This document shows positions 30,965-42,258 of a DNA stretch of 64,000 nucleotides, in pieces. Positions within the stretch are counted from its first letter, which is position 1, and each line of letters opens with the position of its first letter. Location of the stretch: the NCBI GenBank assembly GCA_963823335.1, contig CAWGLD010000001.1, forward strand, positions 640,001-704,000. Reading direction: 5' to 3'. Position numbers and translations under genes: made by a program. The notes under the pieces are model-generated. The model searched no databases and had not been told where the DNA came from. It worked only from the letters and a program-made list of their open reading frames with translations. The stretch is from an uncultured delta proteobacterium (GTDB lineage Bacteria > Desulfobacterota > Desulfobacteria > Desulfobacterales > B30-G6).

Positions 30965-31765
30965 CTATTGTCTGGGCAGCACCCTCACAACCGTTCGTTG
31001 AATCGTTTTTCCGTTCTTTAGATGATGGATCATCTGTTCTGTCCTGAGTCGTCCCTCTGCCGCATACTGAATACATTTTGGGTAAAGCCGCCACTCTTCT
31101 GCCAGACCTTTTTTTTGGATGGCATCGAGATCGTCTGTTTCTGCGATTTCGAAGAATGCCTGACCGATGATGGGACCTGTATCTTCCCCGTAGTCGACAA
31201 AATGAACCGTACATCCCCCCACCTTACAGCCATATCGGAACGTATCGCCGTATCCATCCACACCTGGAAATGCCGGCAACAGGGCCGGATGAATGTTCAT
31301 GATCCGTTGGGTACCCGGTGGATCATTGATCCTGTCGATGAAATAGGGTGTCAGTGTCCGCATAAATCCCGCCAGCACCAGCAGATCGAAGGGGTACAAT
31401 GCCAGATGCTCGAGAAGTCTGGCCTCCGCCTGTATTCGAGTTCGTAAAAAGGTGTTCAACTTTTCTGAATTCTGGTAGCGACCCGTGGCCATCATCGTGG
31501 AAAAAACATGGTCCATATCCAGATCCCGGATATGTCGAACATGCGGTGGGTCTGCTTTGACTTTTTGCGCAACGGCACCATAATCGACTGAAAACCATGG
31601 AATGCCATGCTGTCTCGCCCTTTCCAGGCCGGACGCCGCCGGGTTGTCCGACCCGACAAAAACAACCTTCCCATGGATGCCGCCGGAATCACAGGCGTCG
31701 ATGATGGCCTGCAGATTGGAACCGCCACCCGATATCAGCGCACCGATTTTGATTTTATTCCCCAT
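30965..31765 (-). CDS. purN: Phosphoribosylglycinamide formyltransferase (with internal insertion)
   Basis: SGGGSNLQA, LAGFMR, NIHPALLPAFPG and GCTVHFVD..EDTGPII. Confidence 0.92.
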   Translation of the reverse strand: MGNKIKIGALISGGGSNLQAIIDACDSGGIHGKVVFVGSDNPAASGLERARQHGIPWFSVDYGAVAQKVKADPPHVRHIRDLDMDHVFSTMMATGRYQNSEKLNTFLRTRIQAEARLLEHLALYPFDLLVLAGFMRTLTPYFIDRINDPPGTQRIMNIHPALLPAFPGVDGYGDTFRYGCKVGGCTVHFVDYGEDTGPIIGQAFFEIAETDDLDAIQKKGLAEEWRLYPKCIQYAAEGRLRTEQMIHHLKNGKTIQRTVVRVLPRQ

Positions 31766-31989
31766 GCAACTCTCCAGAAGTAGAGGATTTTCAGTGTTAA
31801 TGTTACATATAACACCCATAACAAGATAAACAACCCATTTGATAATTCGGCTCCTCTCTGTCTGCGGGGTTATTTTATGATACCCTCTTTTTTCCGTAGC
31901 CGGTTCCGGGTTGTAGGTTGACATTGGGAAGACGACTTATTATATTTCAAAAATTCATCTGACTTTTATGATAGAAAGGAACCGATAAC

Positions 31990-32315
<326 letters not shown>

Positions 32316-32316
<1 letters not shown>

Positions 32317-32990
32317 TGCCCAACCCGATGAAGAAACCTGCGTTTCTGCTGATGCTCATCATCTGTGTGTTGTTTGCCGCCTGCTCGTACCGGGATCCGG
32401 ATATCGACAAACCGGCTCATGAGCTTGCAAAAAACGGCATGGACGAGTTTACAGAAAAAGATTACCGAAAAGCCATCGTATATTTTGAAAAGCTTCGAGA
32501 CTGGTATCCCTTCAGCAAATTCGCAAAGCTTGCCGAATTGAAAATCGCAGATGCGCACTTTCATCTCAAAGAATACGATGATGCCATTTCCGCTTACGAA
32601 GAATTTGAACAGCTTCATCCTAACAACGAGGCCATACCCTATGTTATTCAACAGATCGGAAATTCTTATTTCGAACAACTGGATACCATAGACCGTGACC
32701 AGACACCGGCATTAAAGGCCATCGAAACCTACGAACGGTTGATAAAAAATCATCCCGATGATCCGCATTCCAAAGAAATTACGGAAAAGATCAAGATATG
32801 CAAGAAGGGTATCGTTGAAAATCAGATCTATATCGGCCGCTTCTACTACCGCACAAAGCATTATAAGTCGGCCTTGGCCCGATTTCAATCGGTGGCCTCC
32901 ACCGGGGATGAATTTCCCGAACTTCAAGCAAAAGCCCTCGCCTTCATCACGCTGTGTGAAGCGGCAATGATGGCAAAGGATCCAAACTGA
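32316..32990 (+). CDS. bamD: Outer-membrane assembly lipoprotein
   Basis: Lipobox FAAC; YPFSKFA, LHPN, DRDQT and IGRFY..ALARF; start may be ATG 32328. Confidence 0.9.
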
Positions 32991-33094
32991 AAACCTGACA
33001 AAAAAATGTAAAAAGACTTTACACACAGATTGTGTTGGTGTAATAGTGTAGAGTTCAAATATTGTTCGTCATCAAGTGACAAGGAGATACCAAA

Positions 33095-33286
33095 ATGTCA
33101 AGAATGTGTGAGATATGTGGAAAAAAACCCATGGTAGGCAGCAATGTAAGCCATGCACATAATGTAACCAAGAGAAGATTCAATCCCAATCTGCAAACCG
33201 TCCGTGCTCTGGATAAGGGTCAGGCCAAAAGAATGGTTGTCTGCACCAATTGTATTAAATCAGGACGCATCGTCAAAGCACCCTAA
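33095..33286 (+). CDS. rpmB: 50S ribosomal protein L28 (Zn-binding CxxC/CxxC form)
   Basis: [10 protein letters not shown]...[17 protein letters not shown]...CTNC. Confidence 0.96.
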   Translation: MSRMCEICGKKPMVGSNVSHAHNVTKRRFNPNLQTVRALDKGQAKRMVVCTNCIKSGRIVKAP

Positions 33287-35424
33287 CCTAATCGTCTAAC
33301 ACTCTGGACATACTTGATCTTTTTGAGATCCGACAGAACTTTTTCCAGGTGATCGGTACTCACGATTCCGAGCGTTAGCACAGAATCGACGGTCTGGTCG
33401 TCTTTGGTTTGGGTATTCAGACTGAGAATATTTGCATCGTTTTTGCTGATGGCCGCTGCCATGTCCGCCAGGAGACCGACCCTGTCCAGAGAATTGATCC
33501 GTATCCTGACCGGATAAGTCTCCCGTGTATCCAGGCTCCACTCCACATCGATTCGACGTTCGGGGCTCATTTTCAGTGCATTGACACAGTTGGTTCGATG
33601 AATCGTCACTCCATAGCCACGGGTGATGTAGCCGGTAATGATGTCTCCGGGAACCGGCTGGCAGCATTTTCCAAACTTGACCAACATATCGTCAATACCT
33701 TTGACCACGACACCGAGGCTTGGTTTCTTCTTTCTGACACGACTGACAAGCTTGTTGAACAATGACTCATCGGCGTCAAAAGTTTCCGTTTTCAACGCCA
33801 GCCGCCGTGCGATTTGAACCGGCGTGGTTTTCCCGTAACCGACACTTGCGATAAGATCGTCTACGGTCTTGAATCCGAAATGGTTTACGACATCACGCAT
33901 CTCTTCTGTCTTGATCAATGCGTTGAAATTGAGCTTGTGCTTTCGAAATGTTTTTTCACACATTTCTCTGCCAAGAGACAGACTGCGCTCCTTTTCCTGG
34001 GTTTTTATCCACTGCCGTATTCGGGATCGTGCTTTGACAGTTTTGACGAAATTCAGCCAATCCTTACTGGGATGACTTCCTTTGGTGGTGATAATTTCGA
34101 CAATATTGCCGGTCTGCAGTTCATATTTCAGTGGCACCATCCGGCCGTTCACCTTGGCACCCGTACATTGACTACCGACTTCACTGTGAATCATATAAGC
34201 AAAATCAATGGGTGTGGCGCCTTTGGGTAGAGATTTGATCTCCCCTTGGGGTGTAAAAACGTATACCTCATCCGGGAACAAATCGATGCGAACATTTTCC
34301 AGAAATTCCTGTGGGTCCAGAAACTCGGCCTGATTTTCCACCAGATTTTGAATCCAGGCAAATTTTTCACTGGCCTGGTTATCGATCCGTTTGCCTTCCT
34401 TATAGCCCCAGTGTGCCGCAATGCCGGATTTGGCAACCTGATCCATTTCCCGCGTCCGAATCTGAATTTCGATACGTTCCCCATAAGGACCGACTACCGT
34501 GGTATGAAGTGACTGGTACATATTCGCCTTGGGAACCCCGATATAGTCTTTGAATTTTTTTGCAATGGGTTTCCACAACGAATGGACGAGGCCCAAAGCC
34601 TCATAGCACTTTGGTATGGTTTCCAATATAATTCGAAAAGCGATGATGTCGTAGACTTCTTCAAAACTGAGATTCTGCTGGACCATCTTTTGATGGATGC
34701 TGGAAATATGCTTGTGACGACCGAGAACTTCACACACCAGTCCGCTGTCATCCATTTTCTTCTTTATATAACTTTTGACCTCTTCGATATATTTTTCCCG
34801 TTCCGCGATGTCCTTGTTTATGAAACGATCGATACGCTCATATTCTTCCGGCTGAAGATAGCGGAAGGACATGTCTTCCAATTCATTTTTTATCCAGTAG
34901 ATCCCCAGACGTGCAGATATGGGAGCGTAAATATCCATGGTTTCCTTGGCAATGGCTCTACGCTTATTTTCTTTATGAAACTGAAGGGTTTTCATGTTGT
35001 GCAGGCGGTCGGCCAGTTTGATCAGAATCACCCGGATATCATCAGCCATGGCCAGAAGCATTTTACGGATACTCTCTGCCTGGCGGGCCTCACTGCTGTT
35101 GAAGGGAAGTTTGCTTAACTTGGTAACACCGGAAACAATGTGTTTTATCTCGGGGCCGAAAATATCTTCAATCTCTTCAGGAGTTGCCTTGGTATCTTCG
35201 ATAACATCGTGGAGAAGACCAGCGGCGATACTCTCTTCATCCAGCCTCATCTCCGATAAGATTGCTGCAACTTCGAGGGGATGAGACAGATACGGCTCTC
35301 CTGACAATCGCATCTGGCCCATATGAACCCTGGCAGAATATATGTAAGCACGCTCGATAACATCGACGTTTGCGCCTGGATTGTATTCCACCACCCTGTC
35401 GACAATATCATTGATTCTGATCAT
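33283..35424 (-). CDS. spoT: Bifunctional (p)ppGpp synthetase/hydrolase
   Basis: Intact HD motif (LLHDVIEDT), [20 protein letters not shown], and TGS and ACT domains. Confidence 0.95.
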   Translation of the reverse strand: MIRINDIVDRVVEYNPGANVDVIERAYIYSARVHMGQMRLSGEPYLSHPLEVAAILSEMRLDEESIAAGLLHDVIEDTKATPEEIEDIFGPEIKHIVSGVTKLSKLPFNSSEARQAESIRKMLLAMADDIRVILIKLADRLHNMKTLQFHKENKRRAIAKETMDIYAPISARLGIYWIKNELEDMSFRYLQPEEYERIDRFINKDIAEREKYIEEVKSYIKKKMDDSGLVCEVLGRHKHISSIHQKMVQQNLSFEEVYDIIAFRIILETIPKCYEALGLVHSLWKPIAKKFKDYIGVPKANMYQSLHTTVVGPYGERIEIQIRTREMDQVAKSGIAAHWGYKEGKRIDNQASEKFAWIQNLVENQAEFLDPQEFLENVRIDLFPDEVYVFTPQGEIKSLPKGATPIDFAYMIHSEVGSQCTGAKVNGRMVPLKYELQTGNIVEIITTKGSHPSKDWLNFVKTVKARSRIRQWIKTQEKERSLSLGREMCEKTFRKHKLNFNALIKTEEMRDVVNHFGFKTVDDLIASVGYGKTTPVQIARRLALKTETFDADESLFNKLVSRVRKKKPSLGVVVKGIDDMLVKFGKCCQPVPGDIITGYITRGYGVTIHRTNCVNALKMSPERRIDVEWSLDTRETYPVRIRINSLDRVGLLADMAAAISKNDANILSLNTQTKDDQTVDSVLTLGIVSTDHLEKVLSDLKKIKYVQSVRRLG

Positions 35425-35577
35425 ACAGAAATCTCACGCTTAATTATAGCGCTTAGGTTGTTTAGACAATTTAGGTTATTTAGGCGGTAGTCTGTTAGGC
35501 TGTTAGGGTTTGTTTTTTCGTAGCTCACACACGATCTCCGCCTACAGCCTACAGTCTAACAGCCTAACGGCCTATGA

Positions 35578-37098
35578 TTAGTAGGCTTTGGCAAATACCA
35601 CCTCATGCACCGCCGGCTTTCCGCAACAGATGCAGGCTCCGTTGACAGGCGCGCCATCAAAGGGGATACAGCGTATGGAAACACTCAGATCGTCTTTGAT
35701 TTTCAATTCACAAGCCTCGTCGCCACACCATGGCGATACGGCGAACCCGCCATGAATTTCTGGTTTTTCCAGGTTCTTGGGTGTAAAATACGCATAAAAA
35801 AGGTCTCGTTGTTCAATATTTTCCGTATGTGCCTCTCTAAAAGCCACGGCACGGTTGAAAAGCGTTGTCTGGATGTCGTCCAGTGTCCTGGTAAATTCAG
35901 CTACAAACGTGTCCCTGTTGATGGACACCTTCTCCTTGTGGTGCCGGTCCCGCCGTCCAACAAAAACTGAATTTTCGGCAATATCCCGGGGTCCGATCTC
36001 GACGCGAATGGGAATCCCCTTTTTGATCCAGTCCCAGCCTCTGGCTCCCCCGATATCTCTGTCGTCAATCTCGATATTCAGCAAGCGTCGATGATAGGTC
36101 TGTGCCCGTAATTCGGTTGCCAGTTGCTCCACAAAAGGCATGACCTTTGCACGATCTTCAGGTTTGCGGATGATGGGAAGAATGACGGCATGCGATGAGG
36201 CCACCCTGGGGGGCAGAATGATACCGTCATCATCGCCGTGAGCCATAATAAGTCCCCCCACCAGGCGGGTCGAGGTCCCCCAGGAGGTTGTCCAGGCATA
36301 GGCTTCTTTTTCGTCTGCAGTCTGAAACTTGATATTGGATGCCCGGGCGAAATTCTGCCCCAGGAAATGGGAGGTCCCTGCCTGGAGCGCCTTTCTGTCC
36401 TGCATCATGGCTTCGATACACAAGGTGTCAACTGCGCCTGGAAATCTTTCGGCCGGCGACTTTCTGCCTTTCAGCACCGGAATTGCCAGATAGTCTTCAA
36501 CGCATCTGGCATAAACGTCGAGCATCATCCGGGTTCGCTCCTGGGCCTCTTCCTTGGTGGCATGTGCCGTGTGACCTTCCTGCCACAGAAATTCGCTCGT
36601 TCTTAAAAAGATTCGTGTCCGCATCTCCCACCGGACCACATTGGCCCATTGATTGATGAGCAGCGGCAGATCCCGATAACTGGTAATCCATCGGGAAAAA
36701 GAATCGCCGATAATCGTTTCCGAGGTGGGTCGCACCACCAGAGGTTCACTCAACCGGCCGGCCGGTACCAGGGTGCCGTCAGCACCCTTTTCAAGGCGAT
36801 GATGGGTGACCACCGCACACTCCTTGGCAAAACCCTCCACATGCTCGGCCTCTTTCTCCAAAAACCCGATGGGAATGAACAAGGGAAAATAGGCGTTGCG
36901 TACCCCCGTGGCCTTGAACAGGTCGTCCATTTCACGAACAATATTCTCCCACAGGGAATAGCCCCAGGGCTTGATGACCATACACCCTCTAACGGATGAT
37001 TTTTCAGCCATTTCCGAGGCCCTGACGACCTGCTGATACCATTCAGGATAGTCTTCAGCGCGAGTGGGTGTTATGGCTGTTTTTACCTTTTTTCCCAT
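35578..37098 (-). CDS. proS: Proline--tRNA ligase, archaeal/eukaryotic type
   Basis: VRGCMVIKPWG, RPTSET, FLRTSEFLWQEGHT, ALQAGTSHFLGQNF and C-terminal FAKAY. Confidence 0.95.
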   Translation of the reverse strand: MGKKVKTAITPTRAEDYPEWYQQVVRASEMAEKSSVRGCMVIKPWGYSLWENIVREMDDLFKATGVRNAYFPLFIPIGFLEKEAEHVEGFAKECAVVTHHRLEKGADGTLVPAGRLSEPLVVRPTSETIIGDSFSRWITSYRDLPLLINQWANVVRWEMRTRIFLRTSEFLWQEGHTAHATKEEAQERTRMMLDVYARCVEDYLAIPVLKGRKSPAERFPGAVDTLCIEAMMQDRKALQAGTSHFLGQNFARASNIKFQTADEKEAYAWTTSWGTSTRLVGGLIMAHGDDDGIILPPRVASSHAVILPIIRKPEDRAKVMPFVEQLATELRAQTYHRRLLNIEIDDRDIGGARGWDWIKKGIPIRVEIGPRDIAENSVFVGRRDRHHKEKVSINRDTFVAEFTRTLDDIQTTLFNRAVAFREAHTENIEQRDLFYAYFTPKNLEKPEIHGGFAVSPWCGDEACELKIKDDLSVSIRCIPFDGAPVNGACICCGKPAVHEVVFAKAY

Positions 37099-38203
37099 GT
37101 TGATCCTTCCATGATTCTTCTTTTTTATCCAAGTATTGCCGTTCATACTCGGCAATTTCCATCAGGAAAACTTCGATGAGCCTGTCCTGGGAAAATGTCT
37201 TCACGACGTCCCCCTTTTTGAAAAGAACCCCGCGACCGTCACCACCTGCAATTCCAATATCGGCTTCTTTGGCTTCACCGGGACCGTTGACCACACACCC
37301 CATGATGGCGATTTTGATAGGTGCGATATGGTTTTTTGTGGCTCTTTCCACCTCGTCCACGATATGAAACAGGTCGATATTGCATCTCCCGCATGTGGGG
37401 CAGGATATAATATCAGGCCCCCTTTGCCGAAGATTCAAAGCCTTGAGAATTTCAAAGCCGGCACGCACCTCCTCCACTGGATCCCGTGTCAGGGACACGC
37501 GGATGGTATCTCCAATACCTTCGGCCAACAAGGTCCCGATACCGATGGCGGATTTGACAAGTCCTGGAAAAAGCCCACCCGCCTCTGTGACCCCCACATG
37601 GACTGGAAAATCACTTTTTAAGGAAAAGAGCCTGTAGGCTTCGATGGTGCGTCCCACATCCGAGGCCTTGAGGGAGACTTTCAGGTTGTCAAATCCAAAG
37701 GACCCGATCATATCCAAATGCCGCATGGCACTTTCTACCATGGCTGCAGCTGTTGGAGCCTTGTGTTTTTTTAAGAGTTCCTTTTCGATGGAACCCGAAT
37801 TCACCCCGACCCTTATGGAGATGCCATGATCCCCGGCACAATCGATCACGGCCTTGATCTTTGTTTTACCTCCGATGTTGCCGGGATTGATTCTGAGGGC
37901 ATCGGCACCGGATCGTGCGGCAGCGATTGCCAGACGGTAACTGAAGTGGATATCTGCAATGACCGGTATGGCAACCTGCTGTTTGATGGCTGTGATGGCC
38001 TCTGCGGCGGCTTCATCAGGCACAGCGACCCGTACAATTTCACATCCGGCGTCCTGCAGCCGGACAATCTGGGAAACCGTACTGTCGACATCCGCCGTAA
38101 AAGTGTTGGTCATGGACTGTACAGCAATGGGAGCCCCATCACCCAAGGCTACATTGCCGACGTAAATTTGACGGGTTTTTTTCCTGTTTATTTCAAAGGA
38201 CAT
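37055..38203 (-). CDS. ispG: 4-hydroxy-3-methylbut-2-en-1-yl diphosphate synthase
   Basis: VQSMTNT, ADIHF, RINPGN, CPTCGR and MGCVVNGPGEA. Confidence 0.96.
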   Translation of the reverse strand: MSFEINRKKTRQIYVGNVALGDGAPIAVQSMTNTFTADVDSTVSQIVRLQDAGCEIVRVAVPDEAAAEAITAIKQQVAIPVIADIHFSYRLAIAAARSGADALRINPGNIGGKTKIKAVIDCAGDHGISIRVGVNSGSIEKELLKKHKAPTAAAMVESAMRHLDMIGSFGFDNLKVSLKASDVGRTIEAYRLFSLKSDFPVHVGVTEAGGLFPGLVKSAIGIGTLLAEGIGDTIRVSLTRDPVEEVRAGFEILKALNLRQRGPDIISCPTCGRCNIDLFHIVDEVERATKNHIAPIKIAIMGCVVNGPGEAKEADIGIAGGDGRGVLFKKGDVVKTFSQDRLIEVFLMEIAEYERQYLDKKEESWKDQHGKKGKNSHNTHSR

Positions 38204-38439
38204 TCTATTGGATTTTCACCTGTCATTGAATCACTGGAACACGCACCAGACTGTCCAGCTGCAGATCGACGCATACAACACCTGTATTCCATGCTGAAAA
38301 GCATTTAAAGTACCAAACCAGTGAAGAAAATTCAAGAAAAATAGGATGTTTTCAGGATATTGTCTTTTCAGAATATTTCCATTATACTCCATCGACGTTA
38401 AACCACAACAGATAGAAAATTCCCTGTGGTTTTTCGAGA

Positions 38440-39864
38440 ATGTGGCATCTTCCCGGAGAACGGTATTCCAAGTTGAAACGATTGCACCCACTGCTGATGT
38501 TTCCCATGATAGGTCTTCTTGTTCTTGTACTGGGAGCCTCCTGTGACGTTGATTTGTCTTCCTTTAAAACAGACGCTTCCGCCCTGACCGAAATTATCGA
38601 GAAAGGGAAGTTGACGGTTATTACCCGAAACAACGCCCATTGCTATTACTCCTACCGCGACCAGGAGATGGGGTTCGAATATGACCTGGCCAAAGCATTT
38701 GCGTCTTACCTGGGGGTGTCGCTCAACATACGAATCGCCGATAAATGGGAAGGAATGATTCCCAGTCTGATAGATGGTACCGGCGACCTGATAGCCGCCA
38801 GCATGACCATTACACCAAAACGCAGCCGGGAGGTCTTGTTTTCAAATGGCTACATGGATATTCAACAACATATCATTGTCCATCGCAACAACCACTCCAT
38901 TCGAACCATCGAAGACCTTTCGGGCCGGACCATCCACATTCGCAGAGGAACATCCTATCAGGAACGCCTTGAAGACCTTGCAACCCAGATACCGAACCTG
39001 AACATCGTGCTGCATGAGGATGTGCCCACAGAAGCATTCATTCGTCAGGTGGCTGAAAACGAGATCGACCTCACTGTCGCCGACAGTAATATCGCCCTGC
39101 TGAATCGCAGGTATTACCCCCAGGCAATAATGGGACTGCCTATTGGCAAAAAAGAACAACTCGGATGGGCTGTTAACCCGAAAGCCAGGAGTCTGCAGTT
39201 AAAAATCAATCAGTTTTTCAAAGAGATCCATGAAAACGGTGTGTATGAGGAGCTCCACAGACAATATTATGCAGAGGTGGAACGCTTCGATTACGTTGAC
39301 ATGAAAGTATACCATCGAAGACTGGCCACGAGACTGCCCAAATACCAGCCCATACTCATGGCTGCAGCCAGGGAGTTCGATTTCGACTGGCGCCTGATTG
39401 CAGCCCAGATGTATCAGGAATCGCATTTCCGGCGATATGCCCGCAGCCACGCCGGTGCCTACGGCTTGATGCAGTTGACCAGACGAACCGCTATAAGTCT
39501 TGGGGTCAACGACATTACCGATCCTGAACAGAATATTTATGCAGGCGTCAAACATCTCCGCAATCTGTTCAATTACTTTGATATCGAAAACGAGTCGGAT
39601 AGAGAGTCCATCGCCCTGGCTGCCTACAATATTGGGCAGGGGCATGTCAGGGACGCACAGAACCTGGCCAATTCGCTGCGTATGGATCCTTTGAAATGGT
39701 CGTCCTTGGAAAAAACACTGCCTTTGTTAAGACAACAGAGATACTACAAAAATGCAACTTATGGATTCTGTGAAGGTATGGAGCCGGTGACATACGTCAA
39801 ACAGATCAGGATCTACTACGACATCCTGAAGCGGCAGGCGATTGACTATGACGATAGACACTAG
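38440..39864 (+). CDS. mltF: Membrane-bound lytic murein transglycosylase F
   Basis: SBP domain (GFEYDLA) plus SLT domain (YQESHF, GLMQL, ALAAYN.G); start uncertain. Confidence 0.9.
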   Translation: MWHLPGERYSKLKRLHPLLMFPMIGLLVLVLGASCDVDLSSFKTDASALTEIIEKGKLTVITRNNAHCYYSYRDQEMGFEYDLAKAFASYLGVSLNIRIADKWEGMIPSLIDGTGDLIAASMTITPKRSREVLFSNGYMDIQQHIIVHRNNHSIRTIEDLSGRTIHIRRGTSYQERLEDLATQIPNLNIVLHEDVPTEAFIRQVAENEIDLTVADSNIALLNRRYYPQAIMGLPIGKKEQLGWAVNPKARSLQLKINQFFKEIHENGVYEELHRQYYAEVERFDYVDMKVYHRRLATRLPKYQPILMAAAREFDFDWRLIAAQMYQESHFRRYARSHAGAYGLMQLTRRTAISLGVNDITDPEQNIYAGVKHLRNLFNYFDIENESDRESIALAAYNIGQGHVRDAQNLANSLRMDPLKWSSLEKTLPLLRQQRYYKNATYGFCEGMEPVTYVKQIRIYYDILKRQAIDYDDRH

Positions 39865-39935
39865 AAAAGCAAGGGTAGGAGGCTTGGAGGGGGATACAAG
39901 GGTTTGAGGGTAGCGGACAGGTGAGGAAATTGTGG

Positions 39936-41225
39936 CTATTGAAGAAAAACCTTTTCCAGGCCTTTAATCAAAAAGTCTGCCTCATCATCACTGATATTGA
40001 GGGGTGGAGAGATACGTATGGTATGCCCGTGACTGTCATTTACGATAATGCCTAAATCAAGCAACTTTCTGCAAAACATCATGGCATCTCGATTTTCCAC
40101 TTCGATACCGATGAACAACCCCTTTCCCCTGACTTCCTTGATATGTTTTGACCTGACCGCAATTTTCATGATGCTATGTTTTAGCTTTTTTCCTTGTATT
40201 TCTGATGCCTTCGCCAACTGCTCCTCTTGGAGCACTTCCAAAGCAGATACACCTGCAACACAGGCAAGCGGATAACCACCAAATGTCGAACCATCAGATC
40301 CTTTACTAAATGCGATATCCATTAATTTTGCGTTCGTAACAAAGACAGACAAAGGAATAAGACCACCTGACAATGCCTTCCCCAAAATAAGTCCATCCGG
40401 AACAATGTTGTCATGCTCGAAACAAAAATTTTTTCCCGTACGTCCCAGACCGACCTGTATCTCGTCAAACATCAATAGCAGATCATTGTCATCCGCAATT
40501 TCGCGAAGCCCTTGCAAAAATCCAGAGGGAGGTATTCTCATGCCCCCTTCCCCCTGCATGGGTTCCACCAAAATGCCGCAGGTATGTTTGTTAATGACTG
40601 CTTTCACAGCATCCAGGTTGCCGAATTCAACCGATACAAATCCCGGTGTCAAGGGGCCGAAGCCATCTCGATATTTGGGCTGTGATGAAAAAGATATCAC
40701 CGTGATCATACGGCCATGAAAATTATTGTTAAAAACGATAATTTCCTGTTTGCCGTCGGGTATATTCTTTATTTTCCAACCATAGTAACGGGCCATTTTG
40801 ATGGCGGTGTCAACAGACTCCACACCACCGTTTTTCGGCATGACCTTGTTGCCATTCGATCCGAAACGCGGTCCCAACTGAGGAACGAATCCAGCTGTCT
40901 TGGATAAAAACAATGCCAAAGGATCTGTATAGACAACATTAGAAATGACGGAGGCGTAATTGCCGGTAAGCGCCTTTATGATGGCACTGACCACTTTTGG
41001 ATGGTGATGGCCGAGATTGGCAGCAGAATACGCAGCCAGACAATCCAGATACTTTTTACCGCTTACATCCGTAATCCAGCTGCCTTGAGCCGTTCTAGCC
41101 ACGACATCGAGTCGATTGTAATGCTTGGCACCAGACGATTGCTCCAGAGCATACGTCTCCGCATCTGTTACACGCGAAAACCCACACACAGGGGTATCAA
41201 ATGATATTGTCGGCAGATTCAGCAT
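39936..41225 (-). CDS. rocD: Ornithine aminotransferase-like class III aminotransferase
   Basis: DCLAAYSAANLGHHHP, NFHGR, EPMQGEGG, DEIQVGLGRTG, LGKALSGG and GSTFGG. Confidence 0.82.
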   Translation of the reverse strand: MLNLPTISFDTPVCGFSRVTDAETYALEQSSGAKHYNRLDVVARTAQGSWITDVSGKKYLDCLAAYSAANLGHHHPKVVSAIIKALTGNYASVISNVVYTDPLALFLSKTAGFVPQLGPRFGSNGNKVMPKNGGVESVDTAIKMARYYGWKIKNIPDGKQEIIVFNNNFHGRMITVISFSSQPKYRDGFGPLTPGFVSVEFGNLDAVKAVINKHTCGILVEPMQGEGGMRIPPSGFLQGLREIADDNDLLLMFDEIQVGLGRTGKNFCFEHDNIVPDGLILGKALSGGLIPLSVFVTNAKLMDIAFSKGSDGSTFGGYPLACVAGVSALEVLQEEQLAKASEIQGKKLKHSIMKIAVRSKHIKEVRGKGLFIGIEVENRDAMMFCRKLLDLGIIVNDSHGHTIRISPPLNISDDEADFLIKGLEKVFLQ

Positions 41226-41249
41226 GGCGGTTCCTCCATGGCACCTTTT

Positions 41250-41298
41250 TAGTTGCTATCTTGGTAGCAACTATCGCACAAATACGGTCGCTTGTCAA
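41250..41298 (-). promoter_or_regulatory. rocD promoter with overlapping palindromic operator
   Basis: TTGACA-N17-GATAGT; the -10 overlaps TAGTTGCTA-N6-TAGCAACTA. Confidence 0.7.
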
Positions 41299-41431
41299 CA
41301 AATGTTCATCAATACCGGATAGGTAATATTGATCCTCAACAAGGGGCAAAGACAGTTGTGGGGTTTGACACGCCCCCCATTTTTATGTAAAAGTTCCTGA
41401 GCGGACAGATGCAATGGTGGGGCCAGATCGA

Positions 41432-41453
41432 TGTTGCCACCAAATTAGCAACA
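41432..41453. promoter_or_regulatory. Second copy of the operator, upstream of the TrmB gene
   Basis: TGTTGCCA-N6-TAGCAACA, same half-sites and spacing. Confidence 0.7.
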
Positions 41454-41469
41454 AAATAAGGAGACATGC

Positions 41470-42258
41470 ATGGATATTGCGTCTATTTTAAGGGAGTTTG
41501 CTTTTTCAAAATACGAATCGTCCTGCTACCTGGCACTACTTGCCAAGCACCCGTCGAATGGTTCCCAATTGAGCACCCTTTCAGGGATTGCCAGGTCAAG
41601 AATTTATGATGTTCTCCGCGGACTGTCAAAAAAAAAACTTGTTTTTGAGATCGAGAAAGGACTGTATGTGCCACTGCCTTTCGAGGAATTGAAAAAACGT
41701 CTTCGGAGTCAATTCGATTCAAATCTCAAGATTCTTGATGACCAGCTTGATGCCATGGTCGAACAGTCCAGTTTTGAGTACCTGTTTACCCTCAATGGTG
41801 TGGACGAAGTCATTGCAAAAGCAACGGATATCATCAATTCAGCCAAACAAGAACTCTATCTGCGTCTTTTCCCTGAAACATGGAGGCGGCTGCAGAAACA
41901 TATTCAGCGGGCTATTCATCGAGGTGTCGTTGTCCGTTTTATATCCATGGGTCCTATGGACTTTGTTTACGACATTCAGGTATTTCATCCGGATGTCGAA
42001 CAAATTAAGACCCGGCTCGGAGGTGAATCAATCGATATCATCGCCGATAAATCTGAAGCCATTGCCGGCATATTCGAAACAGACAATCTTAACCGTTCTC
42101 CCTTCATCTGGACCCGAAACCACTGGTTTGTCATCGCCAATCGGGATAGCCTTCGTCATGACTTTTATCATTATTTTTTAGATAAGCTCTATGAAAGAAG
42201 GGAAGCTCTTTCCACACGCGACAAACAGATATATGCGTTTATCAAAGCCGATGATTAA
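41470..42258 (+). CDS. TrmB family transcriptional regulator
   Basis: FSKYESSCYLALL...LSTLSGIARSRIYDVLRGL winged HTH. Confidence 0.9.
   Translation: MDIASILREFAFSKYESSCYLALLAKHPSNGSQLSTLSGIARSRIYDVLRGLSKKKLVFEIEKGLYVPLPFEELKKRLRSQFDSNLKILDDQLDAMVEQSSFEYLFTLNGVDEVIAKATDIINSAKQELYLRLFPETWRRLQKHIQRAIHRGVVVRFISMGPMDFVYDIQVFHPDVEQIKTRLGGESIDIIADKSEAIAGIFETDNLNRSPFIWTRNHWFVIANRDSLRHDFYHYFLDKLYERREALSTRDKQIYAFIKADD

Noticed and set aside
37055-37098. 44-nt ispG/proS overlap as programmed recoding
   Set aside because: Both proteins are complete and proS has its own AAGGA RBS; a drifted ispG stop explains it.
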